A stretch of 64,000 bases of DNA from Eledone cirrhosa (lineage: Eukaryota). The position numbers and the translations under genes were made by a program. Under the pieces are notes generated by a model that had not been told where the DNA came from, did no database searches, and saw only the letters and a list, made by a program, of their open reading frames with translations. Where the stretch lies: contig OZ024740.1 of assembly GCA_964016885.1 (NCBI GenBank), positions 209,126,001 to 209,190,000 on the forward strand, in the 5' to 3' direction. Shown here in pieces: positions 26,946 through 40,241 of this stretch (its first letter is position 1; every line of letters starts with the position of its first letter).

Positions 26946-27475
26946 ATTTAATAATAATAATAATGAAAATTATTGTGTACAGTGCTCAGGTGCACTACAA
27001 TTCATCAGATATGCATGTATAGTGCATAGAATAATGTACAAATGTCAGAAAAGTGAACAGTGTATGACTTATGATATAAACAAAGATACATGCGTGCGTG
27101 TGTATAGAGGGGGGATATCAGGTGTAGTGTTGGCAAATATCGGGAAACATGGAGGTTTTAAAGGATGCAGTGTCTCGGCAGCTAACAACTGATGCAGGTA
27201 GTTTGTTCCATGCTTCAGCAACTCTGAGTGTGAAAAAATGTTTCCAAAAGTCATGGGAGCTGTACTGTTTTCTGACTTTGTAGGCATTTCCACGGGTGTT
27301 AGACACATGGAATTCAAAAAGGTGTTCAGGGTTGTTGTTGGCAAGATGGTTAATAATTTTGTGGGTGTCTATCAAGTCAGTTGCCAAACGTCAGAGCTTT
27401 AACGTATCCATGCCCATGGAAGCATGGCATTCAAAGTATGGTAGATGCCTGATGGAGGATATTCACTTGGTTGCA
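26946..27475 (-). mobile_element. CR1-clade LINE 3' fragment
   Basis: NTRGNAYKVRK...HFFTLRVAEAWNKLPASVV; (ATT)n tail. Confidence 0.9.
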
Positions 27476-27889
27476 CCAGGAGGCCAATATTCTGAGCAAG
27501 ATAGAGGTTCCAGACTGGACATTTTATCTTGGCACCAGCACTAGGAAGGATGTCATGTCTTTGACAAAGCTGAAGAGTGCTCGTGACCCTTTCTTTCACA
27601 GGTTTTCTGCAGCTGGATGCTTTTTCTATCATCTACCACTTTCTAGAGTGTACTTGATGTATTTATCATGTCACCAACAGTAGAGAGGTTGTCATGTCTT
27701 TGACACAATTGAACAGTCCACTCAACACTTTTTGGTGTGGTTTCTACTGCTGGTTGTCCCTTTTCTCACCAACCATTTGGTGCGTAGCCTAGTGGTAATG
27801 TAGTTGGACCTGTGTAATCATCATTCATGCATGTTATATTCAATTCCTCTTATTTTCAGCTCTGTCATTCATGTCATGCATGCTTCATT

Positions 27890-29460
27890 TCATTTTAGTC
27901 TCTGCAGATTTCTTTACTTAGAGCCCCTGTCTCACTGCCATGCAAAATGGTAGTTCAAACACAAGCATCATATAATCTGCCCTTCATTCTGAGAGAGAAG
28001 CCTTTCAGTTCCCTGAACTTCTTCTATCTTGTACTTACTTTGACTCCAACATTTTCAGTACATCCACCTTCACTGTTAATGAGATAGCAAAAGTTATCTA
28101 TTACTTTAGTGAGCCTTCTGAGTCTATGAGGGAATTCATTTCTTGAGTACTATTATTGACTACTCCTGTGTACCTGTTACATGTGAAGTCTACCTTCTCT
28201 GTCAGCCTACATGGGATCCCTCTGCATCTCTGGCCACACTGGGTGCACCATATGGAGATTTTACCTATACTATTTTGTCATGGTATCTGAATTCTATCTT
28301 CTTTCCTCCTTACTAAAACTTTAGACTTTTTTAGGTTTACTTTAATGCTCTTTGATTCTAGTTCTTCTATAGTTTCTGCTGTGAATGCTATGTTATCAAC
28401 ATATAGGTGTTTCCATGGATATCCAGTCTTGGATTCCTCTGTATGGCTTGGAGGATTATAATGAACAGGAGGGGCTCAGAACTGATCCTTGGTGGACACC
28501 TACCTACGCACAAAATTTATCACTGTACTCATTAACCCTCACTTTGCTGACAACATTCCTGTACATGACTTGTACGGCTCTCACAAGCCATTCATCTATC
28601 CCTAGCTTCCTGAGTGCCCACCATATTAAAGAGAATGGGATTCTATCAAAGGCCTTTTCCTGGTCAACAAATATAGGAGCTTATTCTTAGAGAAACACTT
28701 CTGCATTTGTCTCACTAGGAAGATGTCATCAATAGTGCCTCTTCCCTGCACAAAGCCAAAGTGCAAATCATCAAGATTAATTCAATCCCTAATCAACTTT
28801 GCTATAACTCTGATCTAACAGTTTGTTGCTTCTGTAATTGCTTTACTCTAGCACATTTCCTTCAACCACGTAGCAGTTAAGAATAATGCTACTATGCCAG
28901 TAATTAGGTACGACTCCTTCCTGCACTATCTGATTTGCTATATGTGTAGTTAGTCTGTTTCCAACTCCACCAGATAGTTTAACCAACTCTGCAGCAATTC
29001 CCAAAGGTCCAGCTGCCATGCTTACCTTCATTTGATTAACCTTTCAGCATTTATAATACTCTATATTTACTATCGTATTTTCACGGTAAACATTTTACCT
29101 CGCATAATTATCTCACATAATATCAAATCTACGAAATTTTGATATTATTTATTTTGAGAACAATACCTTAACATAAGTATAAGCAATCAGTTATGGCCAG
29201 TTTGAACAGAAAGTGCTGAAAGAATTCTGACCGGATACAGCCGGTTTAAATGCTAAATGCTAAAGGGTTACTTGCCTTATTCACCATGCTGCTGTCAACT
29301 TTGAGGGCTGGTCTCTCAATTGGTTCTACTCTTTGCCATGCAACCTCTCTTAGTAACATTTCCATGTTTCCTTCTTTTAACAGCAGGGAAGGTAAGTGAG
29401 CCATTGTCTATTAATACACACATATATTAGACTGTATGTGCTGTCGTTTCCATCATAACA
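27890..29460 (-). mobile_element. Heavily decayed RTE RT region, interrupted by a TTAA MITE
   Basis: Remnants of [10 protein letters not shown] and KAFDR; ORF 28843-29031 (AAGPLGIAAELVK) parallels the intact RTE. Confidence 0.82.
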
Positions 29461-29487
29461 CAATTTCTCTCCCGTCTTCTCTTTCAG

Positions 29488-29591
29488 CCAAAACCATTCA
29501 GTATGCGATTACAGACATTGAATAATTTTCCAGCTAGTCATGCATATAAGTCTACATTCCGGTGTCATGCAGCAGCTATATCAAGGGCAAA
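29488..29591 (+). CDS. DNTTIP1: DNTTIP1 exon PKPFSMRLQTLNNFPASHAYKSTFRCHAAAISRA(K)
   Basis: Polypyrimidine tract ctttcag| and donor |gtaaga. 104 nt, phase 0 to 2, exactly the phase needed to join the flanking exons. Confidence 0.85.
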
Positions 29592-30793
29592 GTAAGATAT
29601 GAATTATTATAATTTTTTTTTAGTTAATACATGAAATTTATTTACATATATGTATGTGTGTCTGGGTGTACAGATGAGTGTATGTATTAGATTATATTCA
29701 TTTATTTGTAGCTGTCACTGTGCTCTGAGATCATTAATCTAAGGTCAAGTACTATCAAGTATTGAGTAACTGAATAGACAGTAATAAATATATGTGGGTA
29801 TATATATATATATATATATTTGGGAGACCACAAATTATGGGAGTACTCAATGCATGGGGAGATGCAGAATGGGTATAGAGAAAGATGTGACCCCAACTGC
29901 TTGGTGCTGCAGTCGGGTTCATATCTCTCTCTCTCTATATATATTTATTAAAATAACAGATTAAAGTTTAAGCAAAGAATCGCTGCTTTCACCCTTAACA
30001 GGATCTTCTGAAACTAAAAAAAATCAATCTGTGAACGCAGAAGTAAATATTTCGAAAAACGTTGCAACCGAAGGAAAACAGCAAGATGATACTTTGGTTC
30101 GTGAAGACATTCCCTGGCAGTGAACGGGAAAAAACGAAGATAATACGTCGTTATGTGGAGCGATGAAAACAAATACACGCAAAGACAAAACCACGTTTGT
30201 GGTATAAATGGAGTCGTAGACTAATATTCTATTTAGGAAACCGAATGATTCTTGGCTTTGGAGAGCGAAAATGACAGAGGTTATTAAAACCATAAAAGTA
30301 ATAATAATTAAATATATACATACACACATCTATATACGTACATACACGTGCATATGCGAAAACACCCGCCATGCATGCATATACGTGCACGTACACATAG
30401 ACACGCGCACACGTACATAAACCCGCACACATACAAACGTATACACCAAATATACATAAAAAAATATGTGTGTATAAATATAATTATATAAACGTATATA
30501 AATATACACACATAAATACGTATATAACGCACGCACACACATACCTACAGGTAAATACACATATACGCATACATACACAAACACAAAATACACATATACA
30601 CATAACCATATACGCATATAACCAGTATATATAACATAATATATACACCTATAACAAATACAAGCATATATATGTACCTCCACAAAACATACGGGTAAGG
30701 TATACTTACCTATACAAATAAGTAATGGTATAAACATAAAATATACTTAGCTACCACTTTGGATTTTAGTCTTCACATTTATTATTATTATTA

Positions 30794-30864
<71 letters not shown>

Positions 30865-31679
30865 GCACACATGTATGTATGTGTGTGTGTGTGTGTACAT
30901 ATATATGCTTGCATGTGAATGTTTTTATATGTAAATATGTATTTATGTGTTCATATGAATTCGTTTTGAATATGTGTAAAGGTTGGAAAGATACCTTCAT
31001 TTGTCAAAGACATGACAACCTCTCTAGAGCTTGTGCACTCGGGAAAGCATGGGATCATATGTAAGCAAGATGCAAACCACCAGCCTGTCTGGGAAGGCAG
31101 TATCCCTGCTTCAGTACTAACTCAGTTTTTGAAGATCCATCCAACCCTTGTTAACAGCGAAAATGGATGTTAAAGGATGATGATGATGGTGTGTGTGTAC
31201 ATGGCACAAGTGGTATAGAAGTTCATTTCCCTATCATGAGGTCTTGGGTTCAATTTAATACAAACTATATATTAACACACTCATATACAAATCTATGTTG
31301 AGTTATTTTGATTAGGTTACAGCCAGGCTCCCATGCACTCACCTCCTTATCACTGATTGGTTCACAATCAAACTCACTATCACTCGCTCTGTTCACAACT
31401 ACACTCAGTTCATACCTATTCTCACTCAGTTCACACCTAGAGTTACAACTACTCATCTCTTGGTCATTTCACACTCACTTAACCATTTGCTCACCTCCAG
31501 ATATGTTCACACTCACCCCCACTCATTCGGCACCTAATCAGTTCACACTCACAATCTCTCACTCAGCTCCTCATCACTTCACATTCACACTCACACCCAG
31601 ACTTACAATGACCCATTCAGTTACAGATCATTTCATAACCAGCCTCACAACAACTGACATTCACTTGTTTTAATTCCAG

Positions 31680-31785
31680 GGTAGCCTGCATTACTAGCTC
31701 TACTAAATCATTGGATCTAATTAGACAAAATTTACAAAGATTCATTAACAAAGAAATTGACCATGTTATTCAGGATTATTTAAAG
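31680..31785 (+). CDS. DNTTIP1: DNTTIP1 exon, dimerisation domain: VACITSSTKSLDLIRQNLQRFINKEIDHVIQDYLK
   Basis: ttccag| ... |gtaagt. Resembles human SMDLLRAVLQPSINEEIQTVFNKY (recalled). Confidence 0.92.
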
Positions 31786-32490
31786 GTAAGTTTGCTTCAT
31801 TTGTTTATTTACTTCATTAATTATGTTAATTGGCAAAAACGTTAGAATGTTGGACAAAAAGCTTTGTAGTATTTAGTTATGGCTCCCTTGCCTTCTAAGT
31901 TCAAATCCCATCATGGTAAACTTTGCCTTTCATCCTTCTGGAGTTGATAAAATAAAAAAAACAGTTAAATTCTAGGTCAATTTAATTAGCTTTAATTAGC
32001 CAAAATTTGCTAGCCTTGTGCCAAAATTCTTCTTTTCCTTTAGTTCCCTTTGCTCTTTATGGAGCATTGGGCAACTCTCATTGTTTCTGTAATAATTTTG
32101 ATTAATGGGGGTAAGGTTGCTAGCCTCTCGCTCTATCAAACCATTTATTATTTATTACTGGTACATGTGAAGATTGCAAATTGGCAGAGCTGTTAGAACA
32201 TCAAATAGAATATCTTGTGGGTATTTGTTCCAGCTCTCTGCACTTTATGGACACATTTGGTGGGTATTTGTTCCAGCTCTTTGCACTCTATAGACACACC
32301 ATAGCAACAGTAGTATATATTTCCAACCAGGTAGATATCACCATCCTCCTGAGTAATGCATTCAGCATTTTATCCACTGAGACCCTGAAACATTTGCATA
32401 ACATGCTGTGATTTCTTTTTTTTTTTTTATTAAAGGTTTCTTTTAATAAAATTTGATTTTAAAAATGTCCTAATCCTTTCAAATTTACAG

Positions 32491-32592
32491 AAATTCTTTA
32501 ATCCTGGTATAGAAAACATTCGCTTTAATAATGGGCTAAATGCTGTGAAAGATGAACATGTACAGTCAGTCTGTCAGAAGATTCTAGAAGAG
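32491..32592 (+). CDS. DNTTIP1: DNTTIP1 exon, dimerisation domain: KFFNPGIENIRFNNGLNAVKDEHVQSVCQKILEE
   Basis: ttacag| ... |gtttgt; 102 nt, phase 0-0. Resembles human KFFQKAALNVRDNVG...ACRSCLEQ (recalled). Confidence 0.9.
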
Positions 32593-32659
32593 GTTTGTTA
32601 TTTTAATACTGTCATTTTATTTCTTCACCCTTTCATAACCATATTTCTAATGAGACAGC

Positions 32660-33106
32660 TCATCAGGCATCTACCATACTCTGATCGCCTTGCTTCCCTG
32701 GGCATGGATTCATTGAAGCTCCGACGCCTGGCAACTGACTTGGTAAACACCCACAAAATTGTTAACCATGTTGCCAACAACAACCCTGAGTGCCTTTTCG
32801 ATTTCCATGTGTCTAACACACGTGGACATGCCCACAAAGTAAGAAAACAGCACAGTTCCCATGACTTTCGGAAACATTTTTTCACGCTCAGAGTTGCTGA
32901 AGCATGGAACAAACTACCTGCATCAGTTGTTAGCTGTCGAGACACTGCATCCTTTAAGGCCTCCATGCTTCCCGAGATCCGCCAACACTACAGCTAACAC
33001 ATACAAACATGTACTTCCCTGGCATTTGTGTATTATTCTATGTACTATATTGACGAGTTGTAGTGCACCTGAGCACTTTACACAATAATTTCATTATTAT
33101 TATTAT
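32660..33106 (+). mobile_element. CR1-clade LINE 3' fragment, nested in a TTAA-ended MITE
   Basis: LPYSDRLASLGMDSLKLRR...NTRGH...FFTLRVAEAWNKLP; tail cattattattatt. Confidence 0.92.
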
Positions 33107-33505
33107 ATGTTTCATATAATTTTGAAAATATCCATGAGTTTAGATGGATTTAGTAAAAAATCTAACTTTCTCAATATTAAACTAGTGTTTACAACATAAA
33201 TTAACAAAGGTTCTTACATAAAATTATGAAGAAAGGTTTTAATTTAGATATGCACGATGGAAAATGAGAGATTTTGTGTTATAGAATGATAAGCAATCTC
33301 AGGTAGGTTGGTGTTGAAAGGGTTAAGGTTAAAAATGAAATATGAACCATTATCTCTGATTTGTTATATAAATATAAAGTTTTGTGAAGTACTAATTGTT
33401 GATGAATGTATGTGTATATGTTAGTGTCTGTGTATTATAGTGTTTGTGGATATGGTAGTATATCTGTGGGCATGTATTTGGAATGGATGATTAGGAGTCA
33501 GTTAT

Positions 33506-33683
33506 TTAACCCTTAAGCATTAAAACTGGCCATATACGGCCAGAATTCTCTCCTCTTTCTGTTCAAACTGACCATAACTGACCCTTCATACATACTTTAA
33601 GGTATTGTGCTCAAAATATATAATAACAAAATCTTATAGATTCGATATTATGTAAGATAATTATGTAAATGCTAAAGGGTTAA
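33506..33683. mobile_element. piggyBac-type MITE, same family, opposite orientation
   Basis: ttaacccttaagcatt ... aatgctaaagggttaa. Confidence 0.85.
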
Positions 33684-34082
33684 ACTAGTTTAAAGATTTA
33701 TGTATTGTTGGAACCATTGGTTAGCATAACTAAAGTTTAGTGCCCTACTTCAATTTGGATTGTTAATAATTTATATTTATTTAATGAAATTTTGCAGAGA
33801 TATGTGTAACTTATGTTGATGAAAGTTTTTAAATATTGTGAGTTTTCTTTCTTCTTTTTTTTTTTTTTTTTTGAAAGGGTGGGATTTATAGTTGTAGAAA
33901 TGATTCTTTCATAATTCTTTGACAACTCTTCTATGACTCTTTCACAGTTCTTCCATGGCTCTTTTATTATTCTTCCCTGATGTAATTGTTTAATTTTCAA
34001 CACACTCAGTCCCAGACCAAGTCATTTGCCAAACAAGTACAACTTCAAGATATGAATTAATATTTCTCTTTTTTTTTTCCAG

Positions 34083-34175
34083 GCTAAAAAGATGTATGTT
34101 CCAGATCGTCAAAATATAAAGCTTGATAAAACGCCTGTGGAGAATGAAATAACGACAACTACCACTTCCAAACGA
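34083..34175 (+). CDS. DNTTIP1: DNTTIP1 exon AKKMYVPDRQNIKLDKTPVENEITTTTTSKR
   Basis: T-rich tract ttccag| ... |gtaagt; 93 nt, phase 0-0. Completes the LE(E/Q)AK motif. Confidence 0.9.
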
Positions 34176-34278
34176 GTAAGTGTTTTCTATTCTGGCATGG
34201 TTTCTATGGCTGGATGCTTTTTCCTAATGGCAGGTATCTAGCTGGGTGGACAGGGTGATTTTTATTGTGGCACTAACC

Positions 34279-34309
<31 letters not shown>

Positions 34310-35601
34310 ACATTTACTTTAAAAGATGTATCCAGCAAGTATTGAACTCAAGTTGTGTTAAGTAAATGAGTAAAATATTTCCCAGAGGACATATAAAACC
34401 ATATTTCCTGTCCCCCACCCCAATAAACTGAGAATAAATAAACTCATTAATCCCAAACTCTGTCCAAAAATACCCACCACCATTTTCTATTTGGATATTT
34501 CATTATTTCAGAGCAAACAATTTCACAAATTAACAAACATTTATATTTTTATGTTTGATAATTAGCAATTACATTGTGAAAGAGTCATTAAAAAAACTAT
34601 TAAATTCACTTTTCATTTATCATACATTTCATCATCATCATTGTTTTTATGTCTGTTTTTCCATGGTTGTGTGGATTGGACATGTCCTTTTCAGCAACTC
34701 TCCATGCATCACATTCCTTTGTCATCTCCTCTGTGAATCTCAGCGACATGGGATCAGCTCTCACTACCTTTTCCCAGGTCTTCCTCAGTCTACCTCAACT
34801 GCCATGATGTAATTTTTGTTACTCTGTTTGCTATCTAGTTACTACAAGGGGTATTATGAATGAGTTGCAGTTGAATAATGTCAGTGAGTTGCAGTTGAAT
34901 AATGTCACAAAGAGTGCAGCAAATATTTTGATACCACAAAATAAATGATTGATGAAAAATGAATTTAACAGTTTTTGTAAATTTTTTATTAATGACTACT
35001 ACCATGCAATTGCTTTGGTTTCAACACACAGTCTCAATGAAGATTATTGTGTACAGTGCTCAGGTGTACTACAAGTCACTTGCCAAAAAACTTTAAAAGT
35101 TGGATAATTAACCCATTTATAACCATATTTTTAATGAAATATTCTGATTATGTTTTAATTAATTTCTTTTAATAATCAAGAATTTGGAAGGCTTTAGAAA
35201 AATAACTTTGTCCATTAATTGGTATAAATAAGCCATGCCAGCATGAGAAGCAGGTGTCAAATGAGGATGATGATGATGATCTAGATGTGGTCTCGAGCAG
35301 CTTGGTATCAAAAGAGTTGATATGACCAGGGTCAATAAATAAAATACCGATCCAGGGTGGTGGATTGGTGGAATTGTTAGTGTCAACATTGTAATGTCTC
35401 CTTTGGCCATTAGAATTTTGAGTTCACTTGCAACCTCACTGGTGCCAAGTTATATTGACCTTTGGTAGTGTGAAAAGGGGCGACATGTACACATGGGTAA
35501 CTGATGGGTTTTTTTCAAAGCCTAAAAGCTTAGAGAAGAGCTTTCCAGGCGCAGATACATGGTCCCATGAGACATATGGAGACCACCACGGATTAGTATT
35601 T

Positions 35602-35789
35602 TACGAGGGTCGGCTGAAAAAGTCATAGGCTGACCAAGATACTCTCATGGAACGACTAAATGAGGTTTATTTTTCAAAGAAACAATTCAGTTATTAATAA
35701 GAAGAATTGAAACTAATGCATTCAAGATTTCACAGCACTAACATCACTCCTTCGTAGTAAGCCTATGAACTTTTCAGCCTACCCTCGTA
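35602..35789. mobile_element. Tc1/mariner-type MITE (truncated copy at ~9202-9372)
   Basis: TA-CGAGGGTCGGCTGAAAA ... TTTTCAGCCTACCCTCG-TA terminal inverted repeats with TA TSD. Confidence 0.85.
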
Positions 35790-36732
35790 TATTCTAAAAT
35801 AAGTTTTTCAGATATAAATCATCAAGCAATGAATTGGCAGGGTCATTAGAGCATCAGATACAATATCTGAACTCAAATCCTGCCAAGTTAACTTAGTCAT
35901 TCATTTATAATTACCAGTCCATGGCAGTGGAATCTGTTCCAGCACTTTGCATTCATCATCATCATCATCATTTAATGTCAGTTTTCTCAGGTAGTATGGG
36001 CTGGACAGATTGTTACAGACCAAGTCAGTACTGAAACAAAGCCACTGGCCTCTAGAGCATGATGGAGGCATGCATCTCGCTTACATACATTCCTATATTG
36101 TATGAATAGCTCTGATGGGCTGGGGGCCTGACACATGATCCTGGGCTCTGCTGAGTGCAGTTTAAATTCCAAATAGGGATCCAAATCCCTCCTGATGGCC
36201 AAGGCCTAACCATGTGACCATGGGACCACAACTGATTATGAAAGCTACAATAGGTGGGGTAGGATTGTGGTCATCTGCTTCTGCATTTGAACACCGATAA
36301 TGAGCATCACTCTGAATTGTCAATTTAATTTTATTTGTTTTATATAATAGACTTGAATATCATCATCATCATCATCCACTTTTCCCTGCTTGGGAATGGG
36401 TCCTATTCAGCACAGCATCTTTCCACTTGTCACAGTCCTTTATGATCTCCTCCGTGAGCTTCAGCGACCTGAAGTCTCACCACCTCTGCTCATGTTTTTC
36501 GTGGTCTTCCTCTACTGCATCTTCCTTCTACTGGGATTTCTTGGCACTTCTTTACTCAGCAGTCATCCTCCATGCACATCACATATCTATACCATCGCAG
36601 TCTTCTCTCCCGCACACTACAACTTTTCCTTCTCATACACAGTTTCTCTCTCAACTCAGCTATGCTTGGTTGTTCATGCACATTGACACGCTTGTATAAT
36701 TTTATTAATTTATTGTATTATTACTTTTCCAG

Positions 36733-36804
36733 TCTACCTTCAATCGCAAAAGACGATCGTCAGATACTGATTCAGACATTACTCTCCCAGTTCAAAAGAA
36801 AAAG
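36733..36804 (+). CDS. DNTTIP1: DNTTIP1 exon STFNRKRRSSDTDSDITLPVQKKK (NLS-like)
   Basis: ttttccag| ... |gtaaaa; 72 nt, phase 0-0. Confidence 0.85.
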
Positions 36805-36851
36805 GTAAAACTTCAAATTTCCTAATTTTTACATTGGTTATTGTTGTTGTG

Positions 36852-36972
36852 AAGGTGTGTGGCTGAGTGGTTAGAGAATTGGATTCGCCATTGTGAGGTT
36901 GTGAGTTCGATTCCCGGACCGGGCGATGTGTTATGTCCTTGGGCAAGACACTTTATTTTACGTTGCTTCTGC
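36852..36972 (+). mobile_element. Second tRNA-derived SINE family (also ~61255-61400 +, ~52830-53183 -, older ~6625, ~17645, ~47870)
   Basis: TGGCTGAGTGG A box, GAGTTCGATTCC B box, gtccttgggcaagacacttt core. Confidence 0.8.
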
Positions 36973-37614
36973 TACCTGGATTTGTAACTAATAGATAGTG
37001 TTAGCAATTGGAAAGACCAATGGAAACAATGTTTCCTCAGTCCGATTTGACGAGTTCCACCCCACTCATTAAACGAATAAGGTTTGGGATTTTGTCAATC
37101 GACTGTCGATTGTTGTTGTTGTGGACGTAATGTAGGTAAACGGTTAAGAAGTTCCCTTTGCAATATCTATGTTTGGCAGGGTTTATACAGCTGGATGCCT
37201 TTACAAACATCAACCACACCACTTAGTGTCCTGGGAGTATTTCATCCTATCGCTAGCAGTAGGGAGGTTATCTAAAGGTAGAGTCCTCTCTATTCTTTTG
37301 GCATAGTTTCCACAGCTGGATATACTTCCTAATGCAGACTACTTTGTAGAGTGTATTGGGTGTATTTTATTGCAGTACCAGCAGTAGAGTGATTGTCTTG
37401 TCCGTGACATGACAGAAGAGTGTGTTTTTGTAAAAAGAATTACATATTCAAGTAAATTTTAACTATGTTACTCAAGATCACTAAAACTATTTTTGCTAAA
37501 TATTTTATCCTACTTAATTTTGTCAATCATCTTCGTCTCCCTTGACAGTCTGATAATGTGCGCGTAGCTCGAAGATCAGAAAGTCACTCCAGGTAGAGCC
37601 ACTACTTCTCTAAA

Positions 37615-37890
37615 TTGAGAGATCACAGCTCCGATACTATAGGCATATGGTTAGAATGTCTCAGGAAAGAATCGCTGGACAGATGCTATGGGCAAAACCA
37701 ACCGGCAGGAAACCCAGAGGTAGACCCCGAGCAAGATGGTTGGGTAACATCCATGAGCTCGTCTGGTCTCACTTGTAAATCCAGCTGGATCTATTGTAGA
37801 TGGTTGCTTCTGACAGACCTGCTGGAAGGAGTGTTTGAGAACTCATCCCCCATGACCCTCTCAGGAGTAAGTGGGCAAAGAAGAAGACCT
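37615..37890 (+). mobile_element. 3' fragment of another RTE family (Rex3/Expander-like)
   Basis: LRYYRHMVRMSQERIAGQMLWAKPTGRKPRGRPRARW; ends in gaagaaga. Confidence 0.75.
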
Positions 37891-37989
37891 CCAATATAAT
37901 ATTTTATTTGATTAGATTTTGTCAGCCATACCAACTTACTTAACCGTATGTAATTGTTGCACATTTTTACTTAGTTTCTATGCCTACCA

Positions 37990-38335
37990 CTTTACAGCAT
38001 GTACTGGGAACATTGTATTGTGACTCATGCACTACCACCTTACAGGTTGAACTGGATACCTTTCTGCATGGCTCTAGAACTACTACCTTATGAGTCAGAC
38101 TGGGTGCTTTTTATTGTGGTATCAGCAATACTATTTTACAAGCTGGACTGGGTGCTTTTACTGTGGCACCAGCACTACCATCTTACAGTGCTGACTGGGT
38201 GATTTTTATTGTGGCACCAACATTACCTCTTTAGAGTGTGGGCTGGGTGCATTTTATTGTGACACCAGCACTACTACTTTATAATTCAGAATAGGTGTTT
38301 TCCCTCATGGCACCAGTACTACCACTTTACAACAC
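37990..38335 (-). repeat. ~48-bp tandem units of the RTE/SINE 3'UTR module (also ~41710-41940 + and ~48510-48680 +)
   Basis: ctgggtgctttt-attgtggcaccagcactaccactttacag repeated ~7 times. Confidence 0.8.
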
Positions 38336-38441
38336 TAGGGTGCTTGGTGTGTAATCATTATATATAAAATAGACATGTAACTTATACAATTATAAATACA
38401 GTATGTCTTCTGAATGGTCACCATTATTTTTTACATACTAT

Positions 38442-38644
38442 GGCGGTGAATTGGCAGTATCGGTAGAGGGTTGAACGCCATGCTTTCTAGCATAGTTACG
38501 TCCCTTTACGGTTTGAGTTCAAATCCCGCTGAGGTTAACTTTGCCTTTCATCCTTACGGGGTCGATAAAATAAAGTACCAGTAATGTACTGGGTAATTGC
38601 TGGCTTTGTGTCTAAAGTAGAAACAATTATTTTTTACATACTAT
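38442..38644 (+). mobile_element. Full-length SINE of the same family
   Basis: Same A/B boxes and core; 19-bp TSD attattttttacatactat. Confidence 0.9.
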
Positions 38645-38672
38645 TTTCACTAACTCTTATTTATTTACACAG

Positions 38673-38704
38673 AAAAAAGGCCGTCCCCCATCATCACATT
38701 CTGG
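38673..38704 (+). CDS. DNTTIP1: DNTTIP1 32-nt exon KKGRPPSSHS(G), AT-hook-like
   Basis: tacacag| ... |gtgagt; phase 0 to 2. Matches the KRKGRPP AT-hook-like motif of DNTTIP1. Confidence 0.88.
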
Positions 38705-39251
38705 GTGAGTTGATATATTTAAAAAAAAAATGTCTTTATTTTGTTTAAAAAAAAAATCTGTGAGGGTTGGATGGACCTACAGCTTAAACTGTTCATCATT
38801 ATCCTCATTATTTAATGTCTGTCTTCCATACGTGCATGGGTTAGACAGGTCAGATGACCGTGTTTCACTCATACATTTCATTATGGCAGAGTTTGCTCTT
38901 TCTAATGCCATGAAAAAAAAAAGTAATGATGTTAGACAAATCAATGGATTAAGTTTACCATCCAAGTGGGTTGTTATGCGATTTGTGACTTATTCATAAT
39001 CACCCTAACTCGAACCCACTTAAGGTTAACATAAAGGTTAACAAATGCTAAGTACAGGGTTTTATTCTTAGCTAAGTACTTATGCTACATTTGTTTCACT
39101 AGGAAGATGACATCAGTAATGCTTCTCTTAAGCATCTTATATGTCAGTTAAAATAGGAAGATGAATATAATGCTGTGGAAAAAAGAAAGAAACTAATAAA
39201 ATATTAATTTTTGGAATCTCTTCATTTCTATGTATTTTTTTTCTATTTTAG

Positions 39252-39312
39252 GAGAGTCACACCTCAGAAAAGTATACGTACTGTAGAACCTCTCAAAAGA
39301 GAAGGGCCAAAG
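39252..39312 (+). CDS. DNTTIP1: DNTTIP1 exon RVTPQKSIRTVEPLKREGPK
   Basis: ttttag| ... |gtgagg; phase 2 to 0. Conserved REGPK. Confidence 0.92.
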
Positions 39313-39998
39313 GTGAGGCAATATTTATATTTTTTAAATACACCTGAAGACCCTAGTTCTAAAAGTATTTACATCATTCTTAAATTAATGTGATGTAAGT
39401 ACTTTTAGCAGTAGGGTCTTCACTTAGTAATTAATTTTAATATTTTCACAGTGATATTTAAATTCAGAAAGCTAATAAATAATGCAATAACACACACAGT
39501 GCTTTTTTTTTTCAGTAATTATTCTTATCAATGTTGTACATTTAACCATTGTAAAAGAATAAAGGTTAATTTAATCTAGTTTTTTTAGCAAGCTGTTGTG
39601 TATTCAGTTTAGAATAGATCCACAGTATCTCTGTGTGTCCTATGTGGGTTGCCATCTAGACAGGCATCCAGCTATAAAACATTACCTCAGAAAGGATCCC
39701 ATGATAAGTATGAAGCCTTTCATGGAGCCCACGAGGTTAACCCTTTCAGTTCTTATGTTATTGTTCCTCCAAGTAAGAAAGTTTTGTGCTGATGCTGTAT
39801 ATTGAGCATTAAGTGTATTGTATGCTGGCAAAGTCAATTGTAATAATTATTAAAAAGAAAAAGAACAATTCAACTATATATTGGAAATAGAATTATGAGA
39901 AATAAAGCTGTGATATATTGTATCAGCGAACTGGAGAGTCTCAGACCAGTTGGTATTGAATTTACTTTTTGATTTAAAATAATATTTCTTCATTTTAG

Positions 39999-40057
39999 TG
40001 GGACCCAGAACGACTAATTTCAGAAACACTATTTGTAATGGGTGCACGGGCCAACAA
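39999..40057 (+). CDS. DNTTIP1: DNTTIP1 exon WDPERLISETLFVMGARAN(K)
   Basis: ttttag| ... |gtaagt. Resembles human WDPARLNESTTFVLGSRANK (recalled). Confidence 0.95.
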
Positions 40058-40241
40058 GTAAGTAATATGAACTTTTTTTTTATTAATATAGACACCTATC
40101 AAATAAATATATAATATACACATACACACATACATATCTCATAAGTCACTTATATAGCGCATTGAAACGTGTGAGATTCACCAAAGAGCATCAACAAATG
40201 TGCGTTAATGGATTTCTTTTATTAACCTGTATATATATATA

